Assembly (NCBI GenBank): GCA_937924555.1
Contig: CALDSN010000098.1
Location: 28,976-92,975, forward strand
Source of the DNA: an uncultured bacterium
Lineage (GTDB): Bacteria > Cloacimonadota > Cloacimonadia > Cloacimonadales > Cloacimonadaceae
Direction of reading: 5' to 3'
Length of the DNA stretch: 64,000 nt
In this document: in pieces, positions 9,032 through 19,602 of the stretch
Layout: each line of letters begins with the position of its first letter
Position numbering within the stretch: position 1 is the first letter of the stretch
Notes under the pieces: model-generated
The model's input: the letters and a program-made list of their open reading frames with translations, nothing else
The model's database searches: none
Told to the model about the DNA's origin: nothing
Program-made: the position numbers and the translations under genes

Positions 9032-9876
9032 ATGGATAGCGCATACCACATTCAGAAAGCTCTGGATTACATTGAAGCGAATCTGAAGAACAAGCTCTAT
9101 TTGGAAGAGTTGGCAGACAAGGCCAACTTCTCCGCATGGCACTTTCACCGCGTGTTCAACGCCTTAACGGGGGTCACGGTGGGAGAATGTCAGAAGCATC
9201 ACGGGAACTTGTTTATGGCAGAAAAAGCCTTGAATTGATCGCCGCGGAGTATCAATTCGGCTCACGGGAAGCTTTTTCCCGTGCTTTCAAAAGCTGCTGT
9301 GGCATCAGTCCCGGATTGGTGCGCAAGCGTATGTCGCCCATCATCAACTATTCGCCTGTCCGTCTGCATTCAAGCCGTGCATTAAAAGGAGAGAAAATGC
9401 TTACACCTCGTTTTGAATCCAAAGCTGCCTTCACCGTTATCGGCATGTCCTGCCAAAGCACCATGCAGAACAACGTTATCCCCAAATTGTGGGGTGAATT
9501 CAATGCCCGCTGCGAAGAGATTAAGAACAGCGTGAACCCCAATACTTGCCTTGGCATCTGCATGTCTGATCCCAATGTGGAAATGACCGAGAGCACTCCT
9601 TTCACATATCTTGCCGCGGTGGAAGTAAGCAACAGTGCAGAAGTACCGGAAGGAATGATGGTAAAGAAGCTTCCTGCTTCAGATTATGCTGTATTTGAAC
9701 ACCATGGTAGTCTGGAGACTCTGGGCAATACCTACGATGATATTTATAATGGATGGTTCTCGCAAGCTCCATACTTGCAGGATAAGGATTATGACTTCGA
9801 GCTATACGACGATCGTTTCGTGTTCGGCAGTCCGGATTCAATTATGGAGATTTGGGTTCCCATTAAGGCAAAATAG
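9032..9876 (+). pseudogene. Frameshifted AraC-family regulator with GyrI-like effector domain
   Basis: HTH1 (IQKALDYIE...FSAWHFHRVF...TVGE) in one frame; HTH2 + GyrI (SEAS...YQFGSREAFSRAF...MEIWVPI) resumes in another frame at ~9187. Confidence 0.85.
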
Positions 9877-9895
9877 CAGCTAAATAGGCTTATAT

Positions 9896-9936
9896 AAGCG
9901 GTGGCTGGGTTGCTGAATCCGGCTACCGCTTTTATT
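9896..9936 (+). terminator. Intrinsic terminator
   Basis: AAGCGGTGGCTGG...CCGGCTACCGCTT followed by TTTATT. Confidence 0.75.
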
Positions 9937-9961
9937 GTTTCTTCCCAAGAGGAATAGCTTG

Positions 9962-10021
9962 ATCATTGCATAATCATTGCATGTTTCATCCGTAATAAAC
10001 ATGCAATGATCATGTAATGAT
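9962..10021. repeat. Palindromic repeat family A, copy 1 (ATCATTGCATR 11-mers)
   Basis: 25-bp arms, 10-nt loop; related copies at 49183 and 61164. Confidence 0.9.
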
Positions 10022-10122
10022 AGCCGGTGTGGGATAAATTGGTTGACATAAACGGCGGTTCAAATCTATGTAGCTAAAATAGTTGATTTCTTTAACAAGA
10101 TATAAAATAAGGAGTTACCCTA

Positions 10123-13100
10123 ATGGCTAAACAAAAAAAAGCTACCATGGACGGCAACACAGCTGCTGCTCATGTTGCGTACGCTTTCGCCGAAGTGGCT
10201 GCGATATACCCTATCACGCCATCTTCCACCATGGGTGAGCTTTCCGACGCCTGGGCATCGGAAGGACGCAAGAACATTAATGGCACCACCGTCGATGTTA
10301 TCGAGATGCAATCCGAGGCAGGTGCCGCAGGTGCCGTGCACGGCTCACTTTCTGCCGGTGCGTTAACCACGACCTTCACCGCTTCACAGGGCTTGATGCT
10401 GATGTTGCCCAACATGCACAAGATTGCCGGTGAACTGCTTCCCACAGTTTTCTATGTTACTGCCCGTTCTTTGGCAGCGCAATCTCTCTCCATTTTTGGT
10501 GACCACAGTGATGTGATGAGCGCTCGTAACACAGGCTTTGCCCTAATCGCCTGCAACAGTGTGCAGGAAGTGATGGATCTGGGCTTGGTGGCTCAGCTTG
10601 CCACCATGAAAACCAGCATACCCTTCTTGGTTTTCTTCGATGGCTTCCGCACCAGTCACGAACTACAAAAGATTGATGTGATAGATTATGAAACCATGGC
10701 AGAACTGGATGATGGCGAGCTTATCGAAGCTTTCCGCATGCGTGCCCTCACGCCGGATAATCCCCGCATCAAAGTTGGTCAGCACGCTCCGGATGTTTAT
10801 TTCCAGGGTCGTGAAACCAGCAACCTGCACTACCAGAAAGCTCCCGGCATCATTGCTGAAACGATGAAGCAAGTGGCAGAGAAGATAGGCAGAAGCTATC
10901 AGCTCTTCGATTATGTGGGCCATCCCGAAGCCGAGAGTGTAATTGTTGCCATGGGTAGCGGTTGCGAAACCATTGAAGAAGCTATTAACTATCTTAACAA
11001 TGAACGCCACATGAAGCTTGGCTTGGTGAAAGTACGCGTGTACCGTCCCTTCGACGTGGAAGCATTCCGCGCCAGCCTGCCGAAGAGCGTGAAAAACATA
11101 GCCGTTTTGGATAGGACCAAGGAACCGGGCTCCATCGGCGAACCTCTTTATTTAGACGTGGTTTCTGCCCTGAAGGATAGAAGCGACCTGCATATTATTG
11201 GTGGACGCTATGGCTTGTCCAGCAAAGAATTCACCCCCAGCATGGTGCTTGCCATCTACAAACATTTGGCTGCCAAAGGCTTCCATGGCTTCACCGTTGG
11301 TATCAAGGATGATGTTACAAATCTCTCTCTGCCTATTGATGAGATTATCAGCACCCTCCCGGAGGGAACAATATCCTGCAAGTTCTGGGGCTTAGGTTCC
11401 GATGGTACCGTTGGTGCCAACAAGAACAGCATCAAGATTATCGGCGATAATACCGATATGTATGTGCAGGGTTATTTCCAATATGACAGTAAAAAGAGCG
11501 GTGGAACCACCAGAAGCCATTTGCGCTTTGGTAAAACCCCCATTCATAGCCAATACCTTGTTACCCGTGAGGATTTCGTAGCCTGCCACAATCAGGCATT
11601 TATCGGCAGATTTGACATCCTGGGTGGAATCAAGGAAAATGGCGTGTTCCTGCTGAACTCCAATTGGGATAGCTCCGAAGCTTTCTTCAAACTAACCTGC
11701 GCCATGCAAGAGACCATTATCAACCGCAAGGTTAAATTCTATAACATCGATGGGCTCAAGATTGCCGAAGAAGTTGGTCTTGGCGGTAGAGTAAACACAG
11801 TTATGCAAACTGCCTTCTTCCTCATCTCCGGCGTGCTGGACAGAGAGGAAGCCATTGCTTTGATTAAAGCCAGTATCAAGAAGACCTACGGACGCAAAGG
11901 CGAAGAAGTTGTGCAGATGAACCTGAATGCTGTGGACAAAGTGAATGAAGCTTTGGTACAGATTGAGATTCCTGCCACTCTGCCCGCATGCAATATGCCT
12001 ATGAAGAAGCTCGTGCCGGACGGAATGGATGACTTCACCAATCAGGTTATCGAGCCGATAATGCGTGAAATGGGCGACCAGATTAAGGTCAGCGAAATGA
12101 CCTTAGATGGCTATGTTCCTACCGGAACAGCTAAACTGGAAAAACGCCAGGTTGCTCCCGCAGTGCCACACTGGATTGCCGAGAACTGCATCCAATGTAA
12201 CCAATGCTCCTTTGTATGCCCCCACGCTGCAATTCGCTCCAAGCTGATTAAAGAAGAGGATCTGGCGGATAAGCCGGCAAGCTTCAATACTTTAAAAGCA
12301 ACCGGAGCCGAGGGATACCAGTATAAGATTCAGGTTTACATCGATGACTGCCAAAGCTGCCGTGTATGCGTGAACGAATGCCCTAAAGCTGCCTTGGTGA
12401 TGAAGCCCATCGAAGAAGAACGCAGCGTTGGCGAACAGATAAACTATGAATATTTCGATGCTCTGCCCAACGATGTGATGGCAAACTTCAAGGAAGGCAC
12501 AGTTAAGGGTAGCCAGTTCAAGCAGCCCTTACTGGAGTTCTCCGGTGCCTGCGCAGGTTGCGGTGAAACACCATATATCAAGCTGCTTACCCAGCTTTTT
12601 GGCGACCGCATGATAATTGCCAATGCCACAGGTTGCTCCTCCATTTGGGGCGGCACCTTCCCCACAACTCCATATTGCAAGAACAAGGATGGCAAAGGTC
12701 CCGCCTGGGCAAACAGCCTCTTTGAAGATAATGCGGAGTATGGCTACGGAATGCGTCTCGCAGTGCGTTCGCATCGTAAGCTACTCAAGCTTGCCCTGCA
12801 ACACCTGATGGAAAAGAATATCGATTCTGCACTTAAGGAAGCAATCGGTGCCCGCCTTGAAGCCTGGGATGCCGTGGATGCCCCTGCCAAAGAAAATGCA
12901 GCCAAGATAAAAGCCATGCTGCCCAAAGCCATGGAAACCGCCTGCGAAGGTTGTGCCAAGCTGATGCGCCGTGCCATAGAACTGCAGGATTACCTTATCG
13001 AGAAGTCCATCTGGGCTATCGGTGGTGACGGTTGGGCTTATGATATCGGTTACGGCGGACTTGACCACGTGATGGCTTCCAATCACAATATGAATGTGTT

Positions 13101-13638
13101 TGTGCTGGATACCGAGGTCTATTCCAACACCGGCGGTCAGGCATCCAAATCCACCCCTATGGGCTCAATTGCTCGCTTTGCCGAATCCGGAAAGAGCACC
13201 AGCAAGAAAGACCTGGGGATGATGATGATGAGCTATGGCTATGTGTATGTTGCCTCCATTGCCATGGGTGCAAACAAGAATCAGGCTATTCAGGCAATCC
13301 AGGAAGCAGAAGCTTACCCCGGTCCCGCTATTATTCTTGCTTATGCTCCTTGCATCAACCATGGCATAGATATGTCCATGAGCCAGAAGCATGAGAAGCT
13401 GGCGGTGGATGCAGGTTATTGGTTACTGTATCGTTACAACCCGCTCAACAAACTTCAGGGCAAGAACCCCTTCACTCTGGATAGCAAAGAGCCTACCGTG
13501 AACGTGCAGGAGTTCCTGAATGCCGAGAAGCGTTATTCCGGCTTGAAGAACATCTTCCCGGATAGAGCCACCGAGCTTAATGAAGTTGCCGGCGTGTTCT
13601 TTAAGGAAAGGTACGAAGCTTACAAGAAGCTAACCTAA
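10123..13638 (+). CDS. nifJ: Pyruvate:ferredoxin (flavodoxin) oxidoreductase, single-chain
   Basis: YPITPSS, EMQSEAGAAG, two 4Fe-4S motifs, EFSGACAGCGETPY, GGDGWAYDIG; RBS AAGGAG. Confidence 0.98.
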   Translation: MAKQKKATMDGNTAAAHVAYAFAEVAAIYPITPSSTMGELSDAWASEGRKNINGTTVDVIEMQSEAGAAGAVHGSLSAGALTTTFTASQGLMLMLPNMHKIAGELLPTVFYVTARSLAAQSLSIFGDHSDVMSARNTGFALIACNSVQEVMDLGLVAQLATMKTSIPFLVFFDGFRTSHELQKIDVIDYETMAELDDGELIEAFRMRALTPDNPRIKVGQHAPDVYFQGRETSNLHYQKAPGIIAETMKQVAEKIGRSYQLFDYVGHPEAESVIVAMGSGCETIEEAINYLNNERHMKLGLVKVRVYRPFDVEAFRASLPKSVKNIAVLDRTKEPGSIGEPLYLDVVSALKDRSDLHIIGGRYGLSSKEFTPSMVLAIYKHLAAKGFHGFTVGIKDDVTNLSLPIDEIISTLPEGTISCKFWGLGSDGTVGANKNSIKIIGDNTDMYVQGYFQYDSKKSGGTTRSHLRFGKTPIHSQYLVTREDFVACHNQAFIGRFDILGGIKENGVFLLNSNWDSSEAFFKLTCAMQETIINRKVKFYNIDGLKIAEEVGLGGRVNTVMQTAFFLISGVLDREEAIALIKASIKKTYGRKGEEVVQMNLNAVDKVNEALVQIEIPATLPACNMPMKKLVPDGMDDFTNQVIEPIMREMGDQIKVSEMTLDGYVPTGTAKLEKRQVAPAVPHWIAENCIQCNQCSFVCPHAAIRSKLIKEEDLADKPASFNTLKATGAEGYQYKIQVYIDDCQSCRVCVNECPKAALVMKPIEEERSVGEQINYEYFDALPNDVMANFKEGTVKGSQFKQPLLEFSGACAGCGETPYIKLLTQLFGDRMIIANATGCSSIWGGTFPTTPYCKNKDGKGPAWANSLFEDNAEYGYGMRLAVRSHRKLLKLALQHLMEKNIDSALKEAIGARLEAWDAVDAPAKENAAKIKAMLPKAMETACEGCAKLMRRAIELQDYLIEKSIWAIGGDGWAYDIGYGGLDHVMASNHNMNVFVLDTEVYSNTGGQASKSTPMGSIARFAESGKSTSKKDLGMMMMSYGYVYVASIAMGANKNQAIQAIQEAEAYPGPAIILAYAPCINHGIDMSMSQKHEKLAVDAGYWLLYRYNPLNKLQGKNPFTLDSKEPTVNVQEFLNAEKRYSGLKNIFPDRATELNEVAGVFFKERYEAYKKLT

Positions 13639-13656
13639 GCTAATAAGTATATACAA

Positions 13657-13690
13657 AGAAAGGCGGAACCAAACGGCTCCGCCTTTTCTG
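13657..13690. terminator. Bidirectional intrinsic terminator
   Basis: AGAAAGGCGGAACC-aaac-GGCTCCGCCTTTTCT between convergent nifJ and rfbB. Confidence 0.8.
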
Positions 13691-13706
13691 TTTAAAGCTG
13701 TATATT

Positions 13707-14777
13707 TTAGCCCAGTCCCAGCCGTTCCTGGCGATAACTGTTGTCCTGGATGTGCTGCCACCACTCACGGTTCTCAAGATACCACTCCACAGTCTTGCGG
13801 ATGCCTTGGGTAAAGGAAACGCTTGCTTCCCAGCCCAAGTCATGCTTAATCTTGGAAGCATCAATGGCATAGCGTAGGTCGTGCCCCGGTCTATCCGCCA
13901 CATACTGTATCAGTTCACGGTAGCTGCCCAAGGTTGAGGAAGGCTGCAACTCGTCTAGGTGATCACAGATTTGATGCACGATTTGGATGTTCTGCATCTC
14001 GCAGTTACCGCCAATGTTGTAGGTTTCTCCGGCTTTACCGCGAGTAATTACCGCCTCTATGGCACGGCAATGATCGTCCACATACAGCCAATCGCGTACA
14101 TTAAGTCCCTTGCCATACACAGGCAGAGCTTTATGCGCCAGGCAGTTGATTATCATCAAAGGGATAAGCTTCTCAGGGAACTGGTATGCCCCATAGTTAT
14201 TACTGCAATTGGAGATGGATACCGGCAAGCCAAAAGTGCGATGCCAGGCACGCACCAAGTGGTCGGAACCTGCCTTGGAGGCAGAGTATGGTGAGGAAGG
14301 GTCATAGGGTGTGCTTTCCGTGAAGGCACCGCTAATGCCCAAAGAGCCGAACACCTCATCTGTTGATACATGATGGAAGCGAAAGCCCTGCTTGTCTGCT
14401 TCACTCAGGCTTCTATAATACTTCAGTGATGCTTCCAGCAGCGAGGCAGTGCCAACAAGATTGGTGTTTATGAACTGCATGGGAGCGTCGATGGAACGGT
14501 CAACGTGCGACTCCGCAGCAAAGTTGATGATTGTATCCGGCTGGAAGCTTTCCAGTAAAGCAGCTATTTGTGCCGTGTCGCATATATCCGCTTGGACAAA
14601 GAAATACCTGCTTTCACCATAGCGGGATTCAATATCACGCAAGCTTTCTCTGTTCCCGGCGTAGGTGAGTTTATCGATATTCAGCAACTTCCCGGAAAAG
14701 GCAGGATTGCCAAAAAGGAAGTGGATAAAGTTAGCCCCAATAAAGCCTGCACCACCCGTGAGGACTACATTTTGCAT
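13707..14777 (-). CDS. rfbB: dTDP-glucose 4,6-dehydratase
   Basis: TGGAGFIG, NFAAESHVDRSI, HVSTDEV, YSASK, DRPGHDLRY. Confidence 0.97.
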   Translation of the reverse strand: MQNVVLTGGAGFIGANFIHFLFGNPAFSGKLLNIDKLTYAGNRESLRDIESRYGESRYFFVQADICDTAQIAALLESFQPDTIINFAAESHVDRSIDAPMQFINTNLVGTASLLEASLKYYRSLSEADKQGFRFHHVSTDEVFGSLGISGAFTESTPYDPSSPYSASKAGSDHLVRAWHRTFGLPVSISNCSNNYGAYQFPEKLIPLMIINCLAHKALPVYGKGLNVRDWLYVDDHCRAIEAVITRGKAGETYNIGGNCEMQNIQIVHQICDHLDELQPSSTLGSYRELIQYVADRPGHDLRYAIDASKIKHDLGWEASVSFTQGIRKTVEWYLENREWWQHIQDNSYRQERLGLG

Positions 14778-14782
14778 GAAAC

Positions 14783-15631
14783 CTACTTCAATTTGCCAAG
14801 CAAGCTTTTAAGGTGCTCCAATTCCTGAGGGGTCTTGTACTCCAAGGTTATTTTGCCTTTGCCTTTATGCTCCCGCACGGTTGCCTTCACTCTGAACAGA
14901 GCACTCAATTCCTGCTCGAAGCTGCGAGTTAAGGCAGTACGTTTTGGGGTATCATCCTCTTGCTGTAGGGATTGAACATACACCTTTGCCTTCTCTTCTG
15001 CTTGACGCACGGTTAGTTTATACTTCACAATGAACTCGGCAAAGCTTTGGCGATATTCCTCTTCCACAGCCAGCACGCAACGGGCATGCCCGGGGCTGAG
15101 TAACTCACCACCAACCATTCCCTGCACTTCCTTGGGAAGCTTGAGCAGGCGGATGCTATTGGTGATGGTGGCACGGTCTTTGCCCATCACCTGCGCTATC
15201 TGGGCATGAGTAAGCTGAAAGTCTTCCGCCAAGGCGTTGTAGGCAAGTGCTTCCTCCATGGGGTTAAGGTCTTCGCGCTGGATGTTCTCAATTATCGCCA
15301 ACTGCAATTGCTCTTTCTTGCTTACGCTGCGGATAACCACGGGAACCATGTCCAAGCCGGCAAGTTTGGCAGCTTCCAAACGCCTCTCACCTGCGATAAG
15401 CTCGTATTGAGTGGCACTGGTCTTGGTAACTATCAGGGGTTGGATAATCCCGTTTTCTTTAATCGATTCGCTCAGTTCAGCCAAGCGTTGGGGGTCAAAT
15501 GTCTTGCGCGGTTGATAGCTGTTGGGTTGAATTTGCCCAATGGGCAGAGTGCCTATCCCCAATTGGGGGCTGTTGTTACTATCCCGCTCCGGTATCAGAG
15601 CTGATAAGCCGCGTCCAAGGCGTTCATTCAT
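14783..15631 (-). CDS. parB: ParB/Spo0J partition protein
   Basis: LGRGLSALI, QPRKTF, AGERRLEAA, ENIQREDLN, HTH. Confidence 0.96.
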   Translation of the reverse strand: MNERLGRGLSALIPERDSNNSPQLGIGTLPIGQIQPNSYQPRKTFDPQRLAELSESIKENGIIQPLIVTKTSATQYELIAGERRLEAAKLAGLDMVPVVIRSVSKKEQLQLAIIENIQREDLNPMEEALAYNALAEDFQLTHAQIAQVMGKDRATITNSIRLLKLPKEVQGMVGGELLSPGHARCVLAVEEEYRQSFAEFIVKYKLTVRQAEEKAKVYVQSLQQEDDTPKRTALTRSFEQELSALFRVKATVREHKGKGKITLEYKTPQELEHLKSLLGKLK

Positions 15632-15641
15632 TGCGTTTTCC

Positions 15642-16406
15642 TTACTTGCTGCGTTCTATAACTTCGTTGGCAAGGTTCAGGTAGCTCATCGCTCCCGGAG
15701 ACCGAATATCATACAAAAAGATAGGCTTGCCAAAGCTTGGGGCTTCAGTGAGCTTTATGTTACGGGGAATAACCGAGCGGAACACCTTTTCCCTGAAGTA
15801 ACGGTGCACTTCTTTGGCAACCTGCATGGATAGGTTCACTCGTTTATCGAACATGGTGAGAAGTATTCCCAAGATTCCCAGATTGGGGTTTAGATTCTTT
15901 TGAATAAGCCGTATGGTAGTGAGAAGCTGGCTTACCCCTTCCAGGGCATAGTACTCACACTGAATGGGCACCAACACATCTGTGCTGGCAGTCATGGCAT
16001 TCACCGTAAGCAAGCCCAAAGAGGGCGGGCAATCTATCAGGATGAACTCATAGTCGTTCAAAATGGGCTGCAAGGCTTCCTTCAGCTTGTGCTCACGGGC
16101 AAACTCGTGCACCAGTTCTATCTCCGCTCCGGTAAGATTTATGTTTCCCGGAACGCAGAAAAGGTTCTCGGTATTGGTCGGCATAATCGTATTGGCTATT
16201 GGCACTTTGCCGATGAGGGCATCATACACCTGCAATTCCAGCTTTTCTTTATCTATCCCCACCCCGCTGGAGGCATTACCCTGCGGATCAAAGTCTATCA
16301 GCAGAGTCTTTTTCTCCAACACTGCCAAAGCAGCAGCGAGGTTCACGGCGGTGGTGGTTTTCCCCACTCCGCCTTTTTGGTTAACTATGGTAATTACTTT
16401 TGCCAT
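15642..16406 (-). CDS. parA: ParA/Soj ATPase
   Basis: [31 protein letters not shown]. Confidence 0.97.
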   Translation of the reverse strand: MAKVITIVNQKGGVGKTTTAVNLAAALAVLEKKTLLIDFDPQGNASSGVGIDKEKLELQVYDALIGKVPIANTIMPTNTENLFCVPGNINLTGAEIELVHEFAREHKLKEALQPILNDYEFILIDCPPSLGLLTVNAMTASTDVLVPIQCEYYALEGVSQLLTTIRLIQKNLNPNLGILGILLTMFDKRVNLSMQVAKEVHRYFREKVFRSVIPRNIKLTEAPSFGKPIFLYDIRSPGAMSYLNLANEVIERSK

Positions 16407-16432
16407 ATATGTCCTTATCTTTCTGTCTCAGT

Positions 16433-17074
16433 TCAGCGCATCATCAGGTCACGCTGTTTAATTGCCACAATCCTGCGCAGTCCCAGGTCTGCATCGGTCT
16501 TTTCCCACAGGATCTCATGTTTCAGGTTCTCGATATCGGTCAGTTTCTGGGATTTGTAGAACACCAGCAGTCCCGATGGCTTAAGCAGTCTGCGTAGCGG
16601 TGCCAAATATCTTTCTTCCAAAGCCACTGCTCTGCTTACGATGATATCATAGCTGGGGCGACCTGCCAAAAAGGCATAGTCTTCCACCCTGGCGCATACT
16701 ACAGAAGTGTCATTCAAGGATAGTGCTTCGCTGAATTCCTGCACGGCATGGGTCTTTTTTTGCACGGAATCCAGCATCACCATGGTGCAATCCGGAACCA
16801 CCAACTTCAATGGTATTCCCGGGATTCCACCCCCTGAACCGAAGTCCAGCACTGTCTTATCACTCAAATCCAAACATTCCAGAGCAAGCAGGCTGTCAAG
16901 GAAATGCTGCACCCAATATTTCTCTGCAGGGAGGTTGCGGGATACCAGATTAATCATTCGGTTGGCAGAGGACAAAAGCTGAAAATAGTGCTCAAATCGT
17001 CCCATCAACTGGGCTGGGTTGCTAAAGCCTCGTTCCGTGATATATTCTTCAAAGCGTTTCTTGGGTTCGGTCAT
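16433..17074 (-). CDS. rsmG: 16S rRNA m7G527 methyltransferase
   Basis: NLVS...HFLDSL, LDFGSGGGIPGIPL, VSRAV; directly upstream of parA. Confidence 0.93.
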   Translation of the reverse strand: MTEPKKRFEEYITERGFSNPAQLMGRFEHYFQLLSSANRMINLVSRNLPAEKYWVQHFLDSLLALECLDLSDKTVLDFGSGGGIPGIPLKLVVPDCTMVMLDSVQKKTHAVQEFSEALSLNDTSVVCARVEDYAFLAGRPSYDIIVSRAVALEERYLAPLRRLLKPSGLLVFYKSQKLTDIENLKHEILWEKTDADLGLRRIVAIKQRDLMMR

Positions 17075-19602
17075 GGTGTTTCCTCCGGAAGGTTGCGGAT
17101 GAGTGCTTGCACCAGAAATGATTCATCCTTGTTCATGGTCTTAAGCGCAGCCAAAGCTTGCTTGCTACCGATTTGGCGCAAAGATCTTGCTGCGATATAG
17201 CGATATCTCTCGCTGGGGTGAAAGGCATATTGACTGATGGTTTGGATGCTCTCCTCGCTATTGATGCTTCCCAATAGTGAAATGCAGGAGGTGATATACC
17301 TCTTTGCCGCCAAATGCTTGCGGATAGGCACGATAAGGGTGCTGTCTCCAACCCCTGCAATCAGGCTCATTGCCATCTTGGCTTTTGTACTATCCGCATC
17401 TTCCACAAAGTCGAACAAGCGGCTTTTGAAGGCGGGAACCTCATCCAAAAACGCTTCCAAAGCACGATACTCCAGCCCCGAATCTGTGCTAAGCTTATGC
17501 TCCACAATATAGGGCAAAGCTTCCTCACTACGCGCAGCCAAAACCTTGCGGGCTTCTTTAACCCTATTCACCGCAGAGCCAACTTCCCACTCCGCTGCGG
17601 CGGCAAACACTTCGGCAATAGGCGCATCGGCAGCCACCAAGGGATCCATCTCTATTGCTTCCACCTTTTCCTGCACCTGCTCCGAGGTCTGGTCAATATC
17701 CCTGCCAATGCCGTATGAGCCTTTTTGCCATGTCTTGCCATCGGCTTTGGTGCTATCGGGATAGCTATCTTTTCCGCCCATATCCAGGAACAGCCCAATG
17801 CTCCCCGTGGAGCGGGCAAAGGCACCATTGCCATAGTTCTGGGCTTCATTGCGTTCATAACGGTCATCTCCGTTCTTATCCACGAAGATACCCACAGAGT
17901 TGCTAAGCCCCACCCCATTGCCACCTTGTATGGAATAGGCATCGTTGCCGCCATTGTCTATCAAGGCACCCACGCCCCAATCATGCCCGGCACCTTGTCC
18001 CGGTCCGTGACGACTGTAATAGGTGTCGTTGCCGCCACCGTCATACAGGAAGCCGCAGGATAGATGTATCCCGGAGCCTTGGGGGTAGTAGATGGCATTA
18101 TACACATCGTTGCCGCTTTCGTCTATCAGCACTCCTGTGGCATACCAATAGCCCACACCCTGGGCATAAACACCACCGAGATACTTGTCATTTCCTTTTT
18201 GGTCATAAACCAGTCCCAAACCTCCGGCAAAGTCCGAACGCATGCCAAAGCCCATTCCTTGCCCCATGCTGCGGTAATCATCCGGCATCAGAGGAGCATG
18301 GAAGTATTTACCTCCCAATTGGTAAACATCAGCCCCGGCATAATCCAACACGGCACCCACTCCCCGCACACTGCCCATGCCTTGTGCCATGGTTGTGGCA
18401 GTATAGGTGTCGTTCCCGCTGTAATCCACCAGCATGGCAATCCCTTGCATGGCAGCAGCTTGGGAGAACAATCCGCTTTTATAGATATCCTCTCCGGCAT
18501 AGTCCACATGCAGGTTAAAACCCAGCAGACTGCTGAAGGCATAATCATCGGTCAAATATGTGTCATCACCTTTGATGTCAAAGGACACCCCAAGCCCTGC
18601 CAAAGAGCAGAACATTGCGGTTGCTTTTGTGTTGCGAAACAAATCGTTTCCGCTGTAATCCACCAGCAAATAAGCAAGGTTCTTCCTTCCTGCTTGCAGG
18701 TTAAGCTCATAGATGTCGTTGCCCGCAGGCTCCAGCATCAAACAAACAGGTTTATCGGCATAGTCGTATTGGTCATAATAATCCGCCATCACCGTGCCGA
18801 TAACCATCAAGCCGTGCTTAGTGTTTTTCACTATTGGCTTACGGTTGGTGTACAGCAACTTTGCAGCACCGTTTTTCAGCACCTGTGAGGCAGCCAGGTA
18901 TTTGAGGGATGCATTCTGCAGGAACTCGTAGTTTATATCCTGAAATATCTCTTCCAAAGCCTCGGTAGAAAGGCTATCCGGCTTGGGAAGCTGCATTGCG
19001 GCAAGCAGTTCGTTATATTTTTCCCTGTCCTCTTCTTCAGCGAAGGCATTCAGGTAAAAAGCAGTGAGGCTATCCAGGCGGGCAGTGCCAATACCTGTGC
19101 GAATGGCGTTCATTTCACCGCTTAAGCCGTTTAACACCTGCTCCCAAAACTTAAAGATGTCCTTGGGTTTGCGCACCTTGGCTTCAAACATCTTTTCATA
19201 GGCATAATATGCTTCGGCATACACATCAATGGCATCGGGAGTGCCCCAGGCTATACCGGCAAAGTGGTTTAACTGCACAGCGGGGGACGAGCTGTCCATC
19301 CCGGCGCAAATGCCGCGTAAATCTCCCACTTGATTGATGCCGGCAAGCGGATTCTGCAACGCATTCATGTGCCATGCGCTCTTCTGCTTGCAAGAGAGAT
19401 CCCAATCCTTTTCAAAACTGAGGGACTTGCTGCTCAAGCCTGCTTCTTTCAGCATGGCATCAAGCTGCATCGTGGTTGCTTCACCCAGCACGGAATAGTC
19501 CGCAGATAAACTATCAAGCTCCGAAGCCATAGTGGTTTGGGCATATATTAGGGAACATACAAACAATGTAAGCAGAATGGTAAAAAAGCTTTTATGCAAC
19601 AT
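17071..19602 (-). CDS. Large exported protein with ~12 DxxGxDxY glycine-rich repeats and C-terminal HEAT-like repeats
   Basis: Signal peptide from 19602 (RBS GAGG); repeats DYSGNDTY, DESGNDVY etc.; helical C-terminus. Confidence 0.75.
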   Translation of the reverse strand: MLHKSFFTILLTLFVCSLIYAQTTMASELDSLSADYSVLGEATTMQLDAMLKEAGLSSKSLSFEKDWDLSCKQKSAWHMNALQNPLAGINQVGDLRGICAGMDSSSPAVQLNHFAGIAWGTPDAIDVYAEAYYAYEKMFEAKVRKPKDIFKFWEQVLNGLSGEMNAIRTGIGTARLDSLTAFYLNAFAEEEDREKYNELLAAMQLPKPDSLSTEALEEIFQDINYEFLQNASLKYLAASQVLKNGAAKLLYTNRKPIVKNTKHGLMVIGTVMADYYDQYDYADKPVCLMLEPAGNDIYELNLQAGRKNLAYLLVDYSGNDLFRNTKATAMFCSLAGLGVSFDIKGDDTYLTDDYAFSSLLGFNLHVDYAGEDIYKSGLFSQAAAMQGIAMLVDYSGNDTYTATTMAQGMGSVRGVGAVLDYAGADVYQLGGKYFHAPLMPDDYRSMGQGMGFGMRSDFAGGLGLVYDQKGNDKYLGGVYAQGVGYWYATGVLIDESGNDVYNAIYYPQGSGIHLSCGFLYDGGGNDTYYSRHGPGQGAGHDWGVGALIDNGGNDAYSIQGGNGVGLSNSVGIFVDKNGDDRYERNEAQNYGNGAFARSTGSIGLFLDMGGKDSYPDSTKADGKTWQKGSYGIGRDIDQTSEQVQEKVEAIEMDPLVAADAPIAEVFAAAAEWEVGSAVNRVKEARKVLAARSEEALPYIVEHKLSTDSGLEYRALEAFLDEVPAFKSRLFDFVEDADSTKAKMAMSLIAGVGDSTLIVPIRKHLAAKRYITSCISLLGSINSEESIQTISQYAFHPSERYRYIAARSLRQIGSKQALAALKTMNKDESFLVQALIRNLPEETP

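Noticed and set aside
9962-10021. Repeated 11-mers as a CRISPR array
   Set aside because: No repeat-spacer alternation with unique 30-40-nt spacers and no cas genes; units are contiguous and inverted
17314-18888. Long plus-strand ORFs (e.g. 18064-18888)
   Set aside because: Antisense shadows of the 843-aa gene; no RBS or recognisable motifs
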